From NCBI GenBank assembly GCA_044869275.1, contig JBIOXB010000218.1:1-50686 (forward strand): a DNA stretch of 50,686 nt. The letters run 5' to 3'. The notes beneath the pieces are model-generated. The model did not search any database. It was given only the letters and a program-made list of their open reading frames with translations, and was not told where the DNA came from. This stretch comes from a bacterium (GTDB lineage Bacteria; Zhuqueibacterota; Zhuqueibacteria; Zhuqueibacterales; Zhuqueibacteraceae). The stretch's first letter is position 1. The number at the start of each line of letters is the position of its first letter. Position numbers and translations under genes: made by a program. Of this stretch, positions 27,651 to 36,838 are shown in pieces.

Positions 27651-28544
27651 TCACTTCTTCCGGATACCGCGCACGATCAAATCGGCGCTCAAATTGATGA
27701 CAAACGTAATCGTGAACAGCAAGATGCCGATGATGAACAACACCTGATAGTGTTCGGAACGCACGGGGGCTTCACCGAGCTCGGCGGCAATCGTCGCCGT
27801 GAGCGTGCGCACGGAATCCAACATGCTGTGGGGAATTTGAATGGCGTGGCCGGTGGCCATCAGCACGGCCATGGTTTCGCCGGCGGCGCGTCCAATGCCC
27901 AGCAATACGGCGGCGAGCAATCCGTTTTTTGCCGCCGGCAGCAGCACGCGATAAATGGTCTGCCATTTCGTTGCGCCGAGCGCCAGCGCCGCTTCGCGAT
28001 AAGTATCGGGCACGGCTTTGAGCGCGTCTTCGCCAATGGAAACGATGATGGGCACGCTCATGAGCGCGAGGATGACGCCGCCGTTCAAAACCGTCAAGCC
28101 GATGGGCGCATTGAAAATGGTGATGATCATGCGGTTCATCAGGGTGATGCCGATGAACCCCCAGACCACGGAGGGAATAGCCGCGAGCAGCTCGATCACG
28201 ATTTTGAGAGTCTCTTTGGCCTTCGGCCCGGAGAATTCCGAAACGTAGATTGCGGCGCCCAAACCGAAGGGCACCGCGAGCGCCATGGCGAGCGCGCTGA
28301 CGCTAAAGGTTCCGACGATGAGCGCCAGCACGCCGTAGCGCTTGTTCGACAGCGAGGTGGGATACCATTCCAGACTGGTGAAAAACTCGCGCACATTCAA
28401 GCCCTTGAATAGAAAGTCGGCGCCTTCGCGGAACACGAAAAAGAAAATCCCGAAAACGAATAGAATTGCACTGATGCCGCAAAAGCGAATCAAACCTTCA
28501 ATGAGAGGCTCGGTGAGCATTTCCAGGCGGCGCGAGTTCCCCAT
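27651..28544 (-). CDS. pstC: Phosphate ABC transporter permease
   Basis: 'ELLAAIPSVVWG', 'GRAAGETMAV', 'TLTATIA.ELGE'. Confidence 0.95.
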   Translation of the reverse strand: MGNSRRLEMLTEPLIEGLIRFCGISAILFVFGIFFFVFREGADFLFKGLNVREFFTSLEWYPTSLSNKRYGVLALIVGTFSVSALAMALAVPFGLGAAIYVSEFSGPKAKETLKIVIELLAAIPSVVWGFIGITLMNRMIITIFNAPIGLTVLNGGVILALMSVPIIVSIGEDALKAVPDTYREAALALGATKWQTIYRVLLPAAKNGLLAAVLLGIGRAAGETMAVLMATGHAIQIPHSMLDSVRTLTATIAAELGEAPVRSEHYQVLFIIGILLFTITFVINLSADLIVRGIRKK

Positions 28545-28550
28545 CTGAGT

Positions 28551-29495
28551 TTATTCCTTTCCCGCGGCTTGCGCCAGCGTGCGTTCCGCTGGGGGCAAAG
28601 GCACGTAGCCCACTTCTTCCAGGATTTTCTGGCCGGCATCCGAGCGAACCCAATCCAAATACTTTTCCATGGCGCCGGTGGGCGCGCCGAGCGAATACAT
28701 GAACAGTGGCCGCGCGATAGGATAAGTTTTGGCGAGCGTGGTCTCCACGGAGGGCGCATAAGCGGGTTCTCCGGCACTCTTGGCGACGCGCAGCATTTTC
28801 ACCTGCGGCGTGTTATAGCCCAGGCCGCTGTAGCCGATGGCGCAAGGCGTGTTCGCCACCAAATCCACCACGTCTTTGGAGCCGTTCATGTCACGAGAGC
28901 CCAGGGCGAAGTCGCGCTTCTTGCCGAGCACCGCTTCGCGAAAATACTCGTACGTGCCGGAATTGGATTGCCGGCTCACGCGAATGACCTCATCACTGCC
29001 GCAGCCGGGAACAGTCACGCCAAGCTGCGACCATTTCTTGATGGTGCCGCCTTCGCCGTAGATTTCGGCCAGCTGCTGCAGCGTGATTTCATTGAGAGGG
29101 CTGTCTTTGTGCACGTAGATCGCGAGCCCGTCATAACCGACGAGAAATTCGACCGGGTCCTTGCCGGAGTTCCGTTTGGCGCTCGCGATTTCGTCGTCGT
29201 GCAGTTTCCGGCTGCTGTTGGCAATATCGACTGTGCCGTTGATCAGTGCGGCGATACCGGTGCCGGAGCCGCCGCCGGATACTTCCACGGAAACCGCAGG
29301 CGCGACTTTCTTATATTCTTCCGCCCACGCTTGCGCGAGATTCACCATCGTGTCCGAGCCCTGATTCTGTATAACGGCGCTTTCGGCTTGCGAGCTGCCC
29401 TCTTCGCTTTTCTTCGCGCAACCCGTGAAAATAAAAGCGGCGCATAACGACAGCCACATCGCGTTGACCGCTTGCAACTTCGCTTTTGTTCTCAT
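28551..29495 (-). CDS. pstS: Phosphate-binding lipoprotein
   Basis: Lipobox 'FTGC', 'GSDT', 'GGGSGTG', 'R.SNSGT', 'YPIARPL'. Confidence 0.95.
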   Translation of the reverse strand: MRTKAKLQAVNAMWLSLCAAFIFTGCAKKSEEGSSQAESAVIQNQGSDTMVNLAQAWAEEYKKVAPAVSVEVSGGGSGTGIAALINGTVDIANSSRKLHDDEIASAKRNSGKDPVEFLVGYDGLAIYVHKDSPLNEITLQQLAEIYGEGGTIKKWSQLGVTVPGCGSDEVIRVSRQSNSGTYEYFREAVLGKKRDFALGSRDMNGSKDVVDLVANTPCAIGYSGLGYNTPQVKMLRVAKSAGEPAYAPSVETTLAKTYPIARPLFMYSLGAPTGAMEKYLDWVRSDAGQKILEEVGYVPLPPAERTLAQAAGKE

Positions 29496-29564
29496 TCTCC
29501 TATCCTCATTTTTGTGAACCCACGTTGGGGTGAATTGGCAAAAAACTTCTTGAGCATGGCGTCA

Positions 29565-29713
29565 CTTGAGAATGTTAAGTTGGCTAAAAAGGTCCCTACT
29601 TTTTGTCATTCTGTAGGAATCTTCCCACGAGGCTTGCACACAAACCTAGGGAAGATCCCGAAGCGTCGGGATGACAAATTGAGAGGGCGCGAATTTAACT
29701 TAACATTGTCAAG
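29565..29713. mobile_element. 149-bp MITE-like element with 17-bp TIRs and an internal REP-like palindrome
   Basis: CTTGAGAATGTTAAGTT / AACTTAACATTGTCAAG (16/17); internal TTTGTCATTCTG..ATCTTCCC / GGGAAGATCCCG..CGGGATGACAAA. Confidence 0.65.
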
Positions 29714-29792
29714 GTAATACTCGGCCCTTAAAGTAATTTCTCCGCAAATGACAGCGGGAGGCGTTCAAAATTGCATCCGGTTCGCCACGGCA

Positions 29793-30905
29793 TTACTTGT
29801 TCAATTCTTCCTCACCCAAAACCGCCTGCACCAAATCGCGGACGTGCACGTCGAGAAATTGATAAGCGTGCTCGTAAGCTGCGCGCACTTCTTCCGCCGA
29901 ACCGCGCACCTGTGCCGGATCGGGTATCTCCCACGGAATACTGACCACCTTCGTCGGCATGGAGGGAAAAGCCCTTTGCGCGGCTTTGCTCAGGGCGATG
30001 ATCACCTGATAATGCTCGAGATTGGGAATTTGATCGATGGATTTGGAAATTTGGCGGGAGATGTTGATTCCCTTTTCCTGCATGAAGCGCACCGCACGCG
30101 GATCCAAGCCGCGCGGGCTGATGCCCGCGCTGCTGAAAATGAACTTGTTCAAGCCCAGCGCGTTGCCGAAGCCCTCCGCCATCTGGCTGCGGGTGGAATT
30201 GCCGTCGTCCACGAACAACACGCGGAACACCTCCGTGCCCTGGTGCTTGATATATTCGCCCGTGCACATGTACAATACTTCCTCGCACATGTTGCAGGCT
30301 TGATCCGCGACGCGCTCGAAACGGCTGGCGACGATCATCAGTGGCGCCAAAGCTTCCAGCGGCAAATTGCCCTGCTCGCGCAGCTGCACCAATTCGGAGT
30401 GAATGTTGTTACGGATGCCGTCGACAATTTTTTCCTTCTCCATCACGACCCGTGCGAGCTCGGCGTTTTGATCGACAAAAGCCTGCGTCGCGTCATGCAG
30501 CATCGGAATGGCGAGATTGGCGATATCGTGAAATTTCTCGTATGAAATCATCGGCATGGGCAGCGAGCTGATGCTGAGATATTGCCGTGCGATGCTTTCC
30601 GCGTAATCGCCGATGCGCTCCAATTCGTTGTTGATCTTGATGACGGCGAACGCAAAACGGAGATGGCCGGCCACGGGCTGCTGCCGCACGAGGAACTCCA
30701 AACACAAACGGTCCAATTCCTTTTCCGCCTCGTCGATATACTGATCGCGCAAGACCACGGAATAAGCCAGCGTGCGATTGTCCTCTGTCAGCGCTTGCAA
30801 AGCGGCCTTGAGCGCCTGTTCCGCCAGCCCGCTCATCTCGATTACCTTGCGCCGGATCAAGTCAATGCTTCTCTGCAGGCTTTCGTCTAATAATGGTAAA
30901 GCCAT
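29793..30905 (-). CDS. phoU: PhoU fused to a C-terminal LMW-PTPase/ArsC-like domain lacking the catalytic Cys
   Basis: 'QQPVAGHLR', 'ELERIGDYAESI', 'FERVADQACNMCE', then 'VLFVDDGNSTRSQMAEG...SAG...W.IPDP'. Confidence 0.9.
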   Translation of the reverse strand: MALPLLDESLQRSIDLIRRKVIEMSGLAEQALKAALQALTEDNRTLAYSVVLRDQYIDEAEKELDRLCLEFLVRQQPVAGHLRFAFAVIKINNELERIGDYAESIARQYLSISSLPMPMISYEKFHDIANLAIPMLHDATQAFVDQNAELARVVMEKEKIVDGIRNNIHSELVQLREQGNLPLEALAPLMIVASRFERVADQACNMCEEVLYMCTGEYIKHQGTEVFRVLFVDDGNSTRSQMAEGFGNALGLNKFIFSSAGISPRGLDPRAVRFMQEKGINISRQISKSIDQIPNLEHYQVIIALSKAAQRAFPSMPTKVVSIPWEIPDPAQVRGSAEEVRAAYEHAYQFLDVHVRDLVQAVLGEEELNK

Positions 30906-30968
30906 GCCACCGCGTCTCCATTGCTAAAATAGATTGAAATCAAAAACCCTATACCCTGGCCTCACAAC

Positions 30969-31760
30969 TTATTTCCCGGCAAAACTCGCCTTCCGCTTTT
31001 CCACGTAAGCCGTCAAGCCTTCTTTGGCATCTTCACTCTGGAAAAGCTGTTGCTGCAATTCACGCTCGATGGCGAGTGCCTCGCTGAAGGAAACCTCCGT
31101 GCCGGATTGCACCGCACGCTTGATCAGGCCCACGGCCTTGGCCGCTTTGTTCGGCGGCACGAACTGGCCGGCGTATTCCAAAACTTTTTCCCAAAAATTT
31201 TCTACCGGAAAAACATGATTGACGATACCCATCTGCACCGCTTCTTCGAATTCGAAGGTGCGGCCGGTGGCCATCAATTCGAGCGCCCGCGCTTTGCCGG
31301 CCAGCCGCACCAGCCGCTGCGTTCCGCCCGTGCCCGGCAATACACCGAGCGTCACTTCCGGCAAGCCGATCTTGCCCGCGCCCTTTCGCGCAATGCGAAT
31401 GTCCGCCGCCATCGCGATTTCCAAACCGCCGCCCACACAGTGGCCGTTCAATGCCGCCAGCACCAGCTTGGGGGTTTGCTCCAGTCGATTCAAAGTTTCA
31501 TTGGCGTGCAGACAGAAAAAGTACTTGAAGCGCGGCGTCACTTTTTGCAGCATGCCGATGTTCGCGCCCGCGCAAAAAAACTTTTCGCCCGCGCCCCGGA
31601 GAATGAGAACGTGCACACCGTCATCCATGCGCGCCTCCAGGACCGCGGCGTCGAGCTGGCGCATCATTTCATAAGTGTAGGTATTCGCCGGCGGATCGAA
31701 AAGCTCGATGATTGCAAGACCGTTTTGCGTGGAATAATTGACCAGCTTCTCAGCCATCAT
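30969..31760 (-). CDS. Enoyl-CoA hydratase/isomerase family protein
   Basis: 'FFCAGA', 'GGGLE', 'GLPEV.LGVLPG.GGTQRL'; AAGGAG RBS. Confidence 0.93.
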   Translation of the reverse strand: MMAEKLVNYSTQNGLAIIELFDPPANTYTYEMMRQLDAAVLEARMDDGVHVLILRGAGEKFFCAGANIGMLQKVTPRFKYFFCLHANETLNRLEQTPKLVLAALNGHCVGGGLEIAMAADIRIARKGAGKIGLPEVTLGVLPGTGGTQRLVRLAGKARALELMATGRTFEFEEAVQMGIVNHVFPVENFWEKVLEYAGQFVPPNKAAKAVGLIKRAVQSGTEVSFSEALAIERELQQQLFQSEDAKEGLTAYVEKRKASFAGK

Positions 31761-31984
31761 CGTTCTCCTTTGAAAAACATGAAATTTGGATTTCGGCGCT
31801 TCCCCCACCGCTGGAGGAAAAGCCGGGGCATTGCAGAGATTTCGGCCGGGACCTGGAGTTTGCGCGGTCGCAGGCTCTAAGCTTGACGGAATTCTGACAG
31901 AATGCGTTGAAAATTTGTGGTTTGAAGTATTACTAATTAGTTAAAAAAAGCGAGAATGTCAAGACGGGCTATGTTAAGAGAATA

Positions 31985-32497
31985 TTAAGTTTTTGGCCCG
32001 TCGGATTCAGAAAAACTATTCAACTCGGTACATAAAAAATCTGGTTCCGAAGCGTGATTTTCGCGGCTGTCCATCCCTGTCGCCAGGCAAAAGTCGAGAG
32101 CCTCCCACGCCAGAGTTGCGCACGTGACACGCGAAGGGAAATCCCGGAGGGCCGCAAAAGCCAGCAACCCGGCCAGCCGCACGTCGTTTGCAGCCGGCGC
32201 AACCGAAAACAACTTTTGGAAGCAAGCACTCAACGCCCGCACTTGTTCGAGCGATTTTCCCTGCACCGCTTCCGTCATCATCGAGGCAGAAGCCTGGCTG
32301 ATGACGCAGCCGCGGCCATGAAATCTGATCGCGTGAATTTCGCTTTGGGCGGAGAGTATAATGGAAAGCTCGAGGAGATCGCCACAAAGCGGGTTGTCGT
32401 GGCGAAGGCGATACGTGGGCTTTGCCAGCTTGCCGAAATTGCGCGGATGCCGGTAATGTTCCAGCAGCAAATCTTGGTAGAGGAGGTCGAGCGCCAT
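31985..32497 (-). CDS. sufU: SufU-like Fe-S protein, second copy
   Basis: 'NPLCGD', 'GCVISQASAS', 'FPSRVTCA'. Confidence 0.85.
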   Translation of the reverse strand: MALDLLYQDLLLEHYRHPRNFGKLAKPTYRLRHDNPLCGDLLELSIILSAQSEIHAIRFHGRGCVISQASASMMTEAVQGKSLEQVRALSACFQKLFSVAPAANDVRLAGLLAFAALRDFPSRVTCATLAWEALDFCLATGMDSRENHASEPDFLCTELNSFSESDGPKT

Positions 32498-32575
32498 GCG
32501 GAGGGGAAAGCAAAATTATTGCCGACATTTATTGAGATTTCACCCACCGGGGAGAGCCGGAGCACAAGGTGCAGA

Positions 32576-33118
32576 TCATACAGCCGTAAAACGTGGAATC
32601 TTCGAGCCGCAAGCCACGGCATGCTGTAATTGCGCAAATTGTTCCGGGCTGATGGACGGCCCCGGACGCTGGCAATATTGATCGAATACTTTGATTAAGC
32701 GATGAGCAATGTCCTCCGGCGAGCGGCCTTCGATCTCGCGGCGCTGCATCATGTAGATCGCCTTGCCGTTTTGGAACAGTGCCAAGGACGGTGAAGACGG
32801 CGGAAATTCGCTGAGGTAATGCTGGCGCACCCGATCGACCGCGGCACGATCCTGTCCGGCAAACACCGTGGTCATACGATTGGGAATGAGGCGATGCTGC
32901 AGCGCCAGCGTCACGCCGGGCCGCGCGCTGCCGGCGGCACAGCCACAAACCGAATTCACGAACACCAAAGTCGTCTCGCCGGAATGATTTTGCAGCGCGT
33001 CATCGACCGCCTCGGGCGCCAACAATTCCTCGAAACCGGCGGCGGTCAATTCGTCGCGCATCGGCTGCACTGCTGCCGGGTCGTACATCGGCTGATGATA
33101 AAGACTAAAAGAGGCCAT
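32576..33118 (-). CDS. BrxA/BrxB-family bacilliredoxin
   Basis: 'PMRDELT..GF..L', 'NSVCGCAAG.ARP', 'TVFAGQD', 'PPSSPS.ALF'. Confidence 0.9.
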   Translation of the reverse strand: MASFSLYHQPMYDPAAVQPMRDELTAAGFEELLAPEAVDDALQNHSGETTLVFVNSVCGCAAGSARPGVTLALQHRLIPNRMTTVFAGQDRAAVDRVRQHYLSEFPPSSPSLALFQNGKAIYMMQRREIEGRSPEDIAHRLIKVFDQYCQRPGPSISPEQFAQLQHAVACGSKIPRFTAV

Positions 33119-33139
33119 AATCCTTTCTCGGTTGGTAGC

Positions 33140-33463
33140 TCACATGAAACCTAATTCCAATTTCGCGAATTCACTCATCATGCCCGGATTCCACGGCGGC
33201 TCCCACACCACTTCCACTTTCACGTCCGTGATGCCGGGAATTGCTTTGACCTTGCTTTCAACTTCCGCCGGCAAAGAGGCCGCGGCCGGGCATGCCGGCG
33301 AGGTCAACGTCATTTTTACGTTGGCCTTGTTCGCGGCGTCAACGCCGATATCGTAGATCAAGCCCAGCTCGTAAATATTGACGGGAATCTCCGGGTCGTA
33401 ACACGACTCCAGGGCCTTGACGATCGCCTGCTTGTAATCGGTGTTTTGCGTTTGATTTTCCAT
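33140..33463 (-). CDS. sufT: DUF59/SufT Fe-S assembly protein
   Basis: 'DPEIPVNIYELGLIY', 'MTLTSPACP', 'WEPPW'. Confidence 0.92.
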   Translation of the reverse strand: MENQTQNTDYKQAIVKALESCYDPEIPVNIYELGLIYDIGVDAANKANVKMTLTSPACPAAASLPAEVESKVKAIPGITDVKVEVVWEPPWNPGMMSEFAKLELGFM

Positions 33464-33566
33464 CTGCGTTTCCAGAAATCATTTTACGCCCCCCGCCTGG
33501 CCGGATGCAACCAAGTTCCGCAAGCGGGGAAGCGGCAGCGCTGGCACCAACCCAAAGCATTGCCGG

Positions 33567-34022
33567 TTATGCCTCGGTCGAAACCGCCTCCGCTTTCTGC
33601 TGCAGCGCGGCCATCATGGTATGCCAGCTCAAGCTCGCGCATTTGATGCGCATGGGAAATTCGCGCACGCCGGAAAAAACCGCGAGCTTGCCGGCGTCTT
33701 TCGCGTCGACTTTACGATGCCGGTCGCCGGTAATCAAATCCTGAAATTTTCTGAACAATTCCTCGACTTCGGAAATCCTTCTTCCTTTCACCTCCGTCGT
33801 CATCATGGAAGCCGAAGCCTTTGAAATCGCGCACCCCGAGCCGATGAAGCTGATGTCCTTGATCACGCCCTCCTCGACTTGCAAAAAAAGCTGCACGCGA
33901 TCGCCGCACAGTGGATTGTAGCCCTCCGCGGTGCAATTGTTTTTTTCCAACCGCCCATAATTCTTCGGATGCTTGTTATGATCCAGTATGACTTCCTGGT
34001 ACAGCTCTTGGAGATCGTCCAT
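33567..34022 (-). CDS. sufU: SUF system NifU-family protein
   Basis: 'LYQEVILDH', 'NPLCGD', 'GCAISKASAS', 'RIKCA.L.WH'. Confidence 0.95.
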   Translation of the reverse strand: MDDLQELYQEVILDHNKHPKNYGRLEKNNCTAEGYNPLCGDRVQLFLQVEEGVIKDISFIGSGCAISKASASMMTTEVKGRRISEVEELFRKFQDLITGDRHRKVDAKDAGKLAVFSGVREFPMRIKCASLSWHTMMAALQQKAEAVSTEA

Positions 34023-34072
34023 GCGTAATCCTCACCCCTTGAGGGCGACTGAAACGTCCGCAGTTACTGATC

Positions 34073-34130
34073 TTACGCGTTACACTTTACACTTTACACG
34101 TTTAACGTGTAAAGTGTAATGCGCGAAACG
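34073..34130. repeat. 7-bp-periodic inverted repeat between sufS and sufU
   Basis: (TTACACT)n; perfect 16-bp IR 34087-34102/34104-34119. Confidence 0.85.
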
Positions 34131-34137
34131 CTTTTTC

Positions 34138-35412
34138 TCATCCCATCAACTTGATCACACCATGAATTCCCTGCACCAGCGCCTCGATTTCCGCCGTGGT
34201 GTTGTAGAAGGCGAAAGAAGCGCGTGAAGTGGCGGCAATCTCGAAACGCGCCATCACCGGCTGGGTGCAATGATGGCCGGTGCGAATCGCGATGCCGCTC
34301 CGGTCTAGAATCGTTCCCACGTCGTGGGGATGAATGCCCTCGAGCACAAACGAAATCACCGCGGCTTTTTCTTTGGCGGTTCCGATGAGACGCAAGGTCT
34401 TGATGCCCGCCAAAGCCGCGGTAGCCTCCTGCAGCAGGTGGTGCTCGTGTGCCGCGATTTTGTCGTAACCCAGGTTTTGCACGTATGCCAGCGCTTTGCC
34501 CAGGCCGATCACGCCGCTGATATTGGGCGTGCCGGCTTCGAAACGATACGGCGGATCGTTGTAGATCGTTTTCTCAAAAGTGACGGATTTGATCATATCC
34601 CCGCCGCCTTGATGGGGCGGCATTATCTCGAGCAGCTTTTCTTTCCCATATAAAATGCCCACACCCGTGGGGCCGAAGACCTTGTGCCCGGAGAAAGCGT
34701 AGAAATCACAATCCAAATCTTGCACGTCCACGCGCTGGTGCGGCACGGCTTGCGCGCCATCGACCAGCACCGGAATATTCCGGGCGTGTGCCAGCGCAAT
34801 CATTTTTTTGACGGGATTGATGGTGCCGAGCGAATTGGACACGTGCGCAATGGCGACCAGCCGGGTCTTCTCATTCAACAGATCTTCATACGCTTCCAGG
34901 ATCAGCTCGCCGGCATCATTGATCGGAATCACGCGCAAACGCGCGCCCGTTTCTTCGCCCAGCATTTGCCAGGGCACGAGGTTGGAATGATGCTCCATGG
35001 TAGACAGAACGATTTCATCGCCTGCCCGCACCTGCCGCCTGCCGTAACTCTGTGCCACGAGATTGATGCCCGCGGTCGTGCCGCTGGTGAAAACGATTTC
35101 CCTTTCCGAGGCCGCGTTCAAAAAACCCTGCACGATGCGGCGCGTGCCTTCATATGCGGCGGTGGCAATCTCGCTCAAATAGTAAACGCCGCGATGAATG
35201 TTCGCATTCTGCTGCTGGTAATAATGCGTCAGCGCGTCGATCACCGTTTGCGGCTTTTGTGAAGTGGCGGCATTGTCCAAATACACCAGCGGTTTGCCGC
35301 GCACCTTCTCACGCAAGATCGGAAAGTCAGCACGAATCTTTGCCACTTGAAGACTCGCAGCCTTCCGCGCCTCGCCCGCAGGCACCAGGGGTGGCTCAAT
35401 CCTCGTCGTCAT
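34138..35412 (-). CDS. sufS: Cysteine desulfurase
   Basis: 'YLDNAATSQKP', 'SGHK', 'RTGHHC'. Confidence 0.97.
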   Translation of the reverse strand: MTTRIEPPLVPAGEARKAASLQVAKIRADFPILREKVRGKPLVYLDNAATSQKPQTVIDALTHYYQQQNANIHRGVYYLSEIATAAYEGTRRIVQGFLNAASEREIVFTSGTTAGINLVAQSYGRRQVRAGDEIVLSTMEHHSNLVPWQMLGEETGARLRVIPINDAGELILEAYEDLLNEKTRLVAIAHVSNSLGTINPVKKMIALAHARNIPVLVDGAQAVPHQRVDVQDLDCDFYAFSGHKVFGPTGVGILYGKEKLLEIMPPHQGGGDMIKSVTFEKTIYNDPPYRFEAGTPNISGVIGLGKALAYVQNLGYDKIAAHEHHLLQEATAALAGIKTLRLIGTAKEKAAVISFVLEGIHPHDVGTILDRSGIAIRTGHHCTQPVMARFEIAATSRASFAFYNTTAEIEALVQGIHGVIKLMG

Positions 35413-35421
35413 GGAATTCGC

Positions 35422-36753
35422 TCATATTTTCACGAAGGCCGTATGCACCATTTCGTCCAGGCGCGTGCGCACGGTTTCCGAGGTAATGTGATTCAAAATG
35501 TCGCTGGCAAAGGCCTGGCGCAGCAGAGCGTTGGCCTCGGCCTCGCGCACGCCGCGCGAGCGCAAATAGAACAGCGCTTCTTCGTCAAGCTGGCCAATGC
35601 TGGCGCCGTGGCTGCATTTCACGTCGTCGGCGAAAATCTCCAATTGCGGCTTGCTGTTGATCACGGCCGCGTCCGAGAGCAAGAGGCATTGATTTTTTTG
35701 ATAGGCGTTCGTCTTTTGCGCGTCCGGCCGCACCAGCACTTTGCCGTTGAACACCCCGTGTGCTTGCTCCGCCAAAATGCCCTTGTAATGCTCGTTGCTC
35801 GCGCAGTGCGGCATGGCGTGGTCGATCAACGTATGATTGTCGATATGTTGCTCGCCGGAGGCCATGTAGAAGCCCCAAAGATTGCCCTCGCCATTCAAAG
35901 CATTCAGGCGCACATGAAAATTATTACGCACCAGCGCGCCGCCGAGATCGACGCTGATCGAACTATACTTGCTGCCGCGGCTCTGGTGCACCTCGCGCAT
36001 GGCGATGTGATAGGCCTTTTTGCTTTCGCTTTGAATGCGCACGTGCTCGACGGCGGCATCCGCCTCGACGACGATTTCGGAAACAACATTATTGAAATAC
36101 ACGTGCTGCGACAGCGCGTGATAACTTTCGATGATTTGCACTTCGCTGGCCGCGCCGATGATGATCAAATTTCGCGGATGGGTGAGCCACGGCGAGGAGT
36201 CCTCGGCGGACAAATGCAAAATATGAATGGGCTCGGGCAGCACCGTTCCCGCCGGCACGCGCACGAGCGCGCCGTCATAGGTAAAAGCGGTATTGAGCGC
36301 GGTAAACGGCTCGTTCTCGAAATCGGCGTATTGCGTGAGATATTGCTGGGCGAACTCGTCGTTGCGATCGAGCCTGCCCGCCAGGCTGTCGATCACTAGG
36401 CCTTTCGCGCGAGCGCTGACCTGCGACCACTCTTTGGCAAAGCGGCCGTTGACGAATACCAGCACATTTTCCGCGGGGCCGCCAAATTTGTACGGTGCCA
36501 AAATCTTTTGATTCAACTGGACCGCGCCGGCCGCGAGCTTGAATTTCTGGCCGGTGATGGGCGCGACGTTGGTGTATTTCCATTCTTCGTTGCGCGTGGT
36601 GGGAAAGCCCATTTCGGAAAATTTCGAAATCGCTGATTTGCGCCTCTCGTGAAACGGCGTGGTACTGCTGCCGTTGAGCTTGCTTTCGAACACGTCGAAA
36701 TTCGAGAGATGCCACGCTTTCGCGTCGGGATGTGGTTGCAGCAATTTATTCAT
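35422..36753 (-). CDS. sufD: Fe-S cluster assembly protein
   Basis: 'EEWKYT', 'PQLEIFADDVKCSHGA', 'FYLRSRG'; start at MNKLL inferred. Confidence 0.95.
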   Translation of the reverse strand: MNKLLQPHPDAKAWHLSNFDVFESKLNGSSTTPFHERRKSAISKFSEMGFPTTRNEEWKYTNVAPITGQKFKLAAGAVQLNQKILAPYKFGGPAENVLVFVNGRFAKEWSQVSARAKGLVIDSLAGRLDRNDEFAQQYLTQYADFENEPFTALNTAFTYDGALVRVPAGTVLPEPIHILHLSAEDSSPWLTHPRNLIIIGAASEVQIIESYHALSQHVYFNNVVSEIVVEADAAVEHVRIQSESKKAYHIAMREVHQSRGSKYSSISVDLGGALVRNNFHVRLNALNGEGNLWGFYMASGEQHIDNHTLIDHAMPHCASNEHYKGILAEQAHGVFNGKVLVRPDAQKTNAYQKNQCLLLSDAAVINSKPQLEIFADDVKCSHGASIGQLDEEALFYLRSRGVREAEANALLRQAFASDILNHITSETVRTRLDEMVHTAFVKI

Positions 36754-36772
36754 GATCGCAGCTTCTTTTAGA

Positions 36773-36827
36773 TTCTTGGATGCCCGCCTTCGCGGGCATG
36801 ACATGGAAAGAGTTTTTCAGCATCCTG
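36773..36827. mobile_element. Single-ended remnant of the 7177-7315 MITE family
   Basis: GGATGCCCGCCTTCGCGGGCATGACATGGAAAGAGTTTTTCAGCATCCTG matches the reverse complement of the MITE left end, including the full 15-bp TIR. Confidence 0.85.
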
Positions 36828-36838
36828 TCAGGCAGTGC

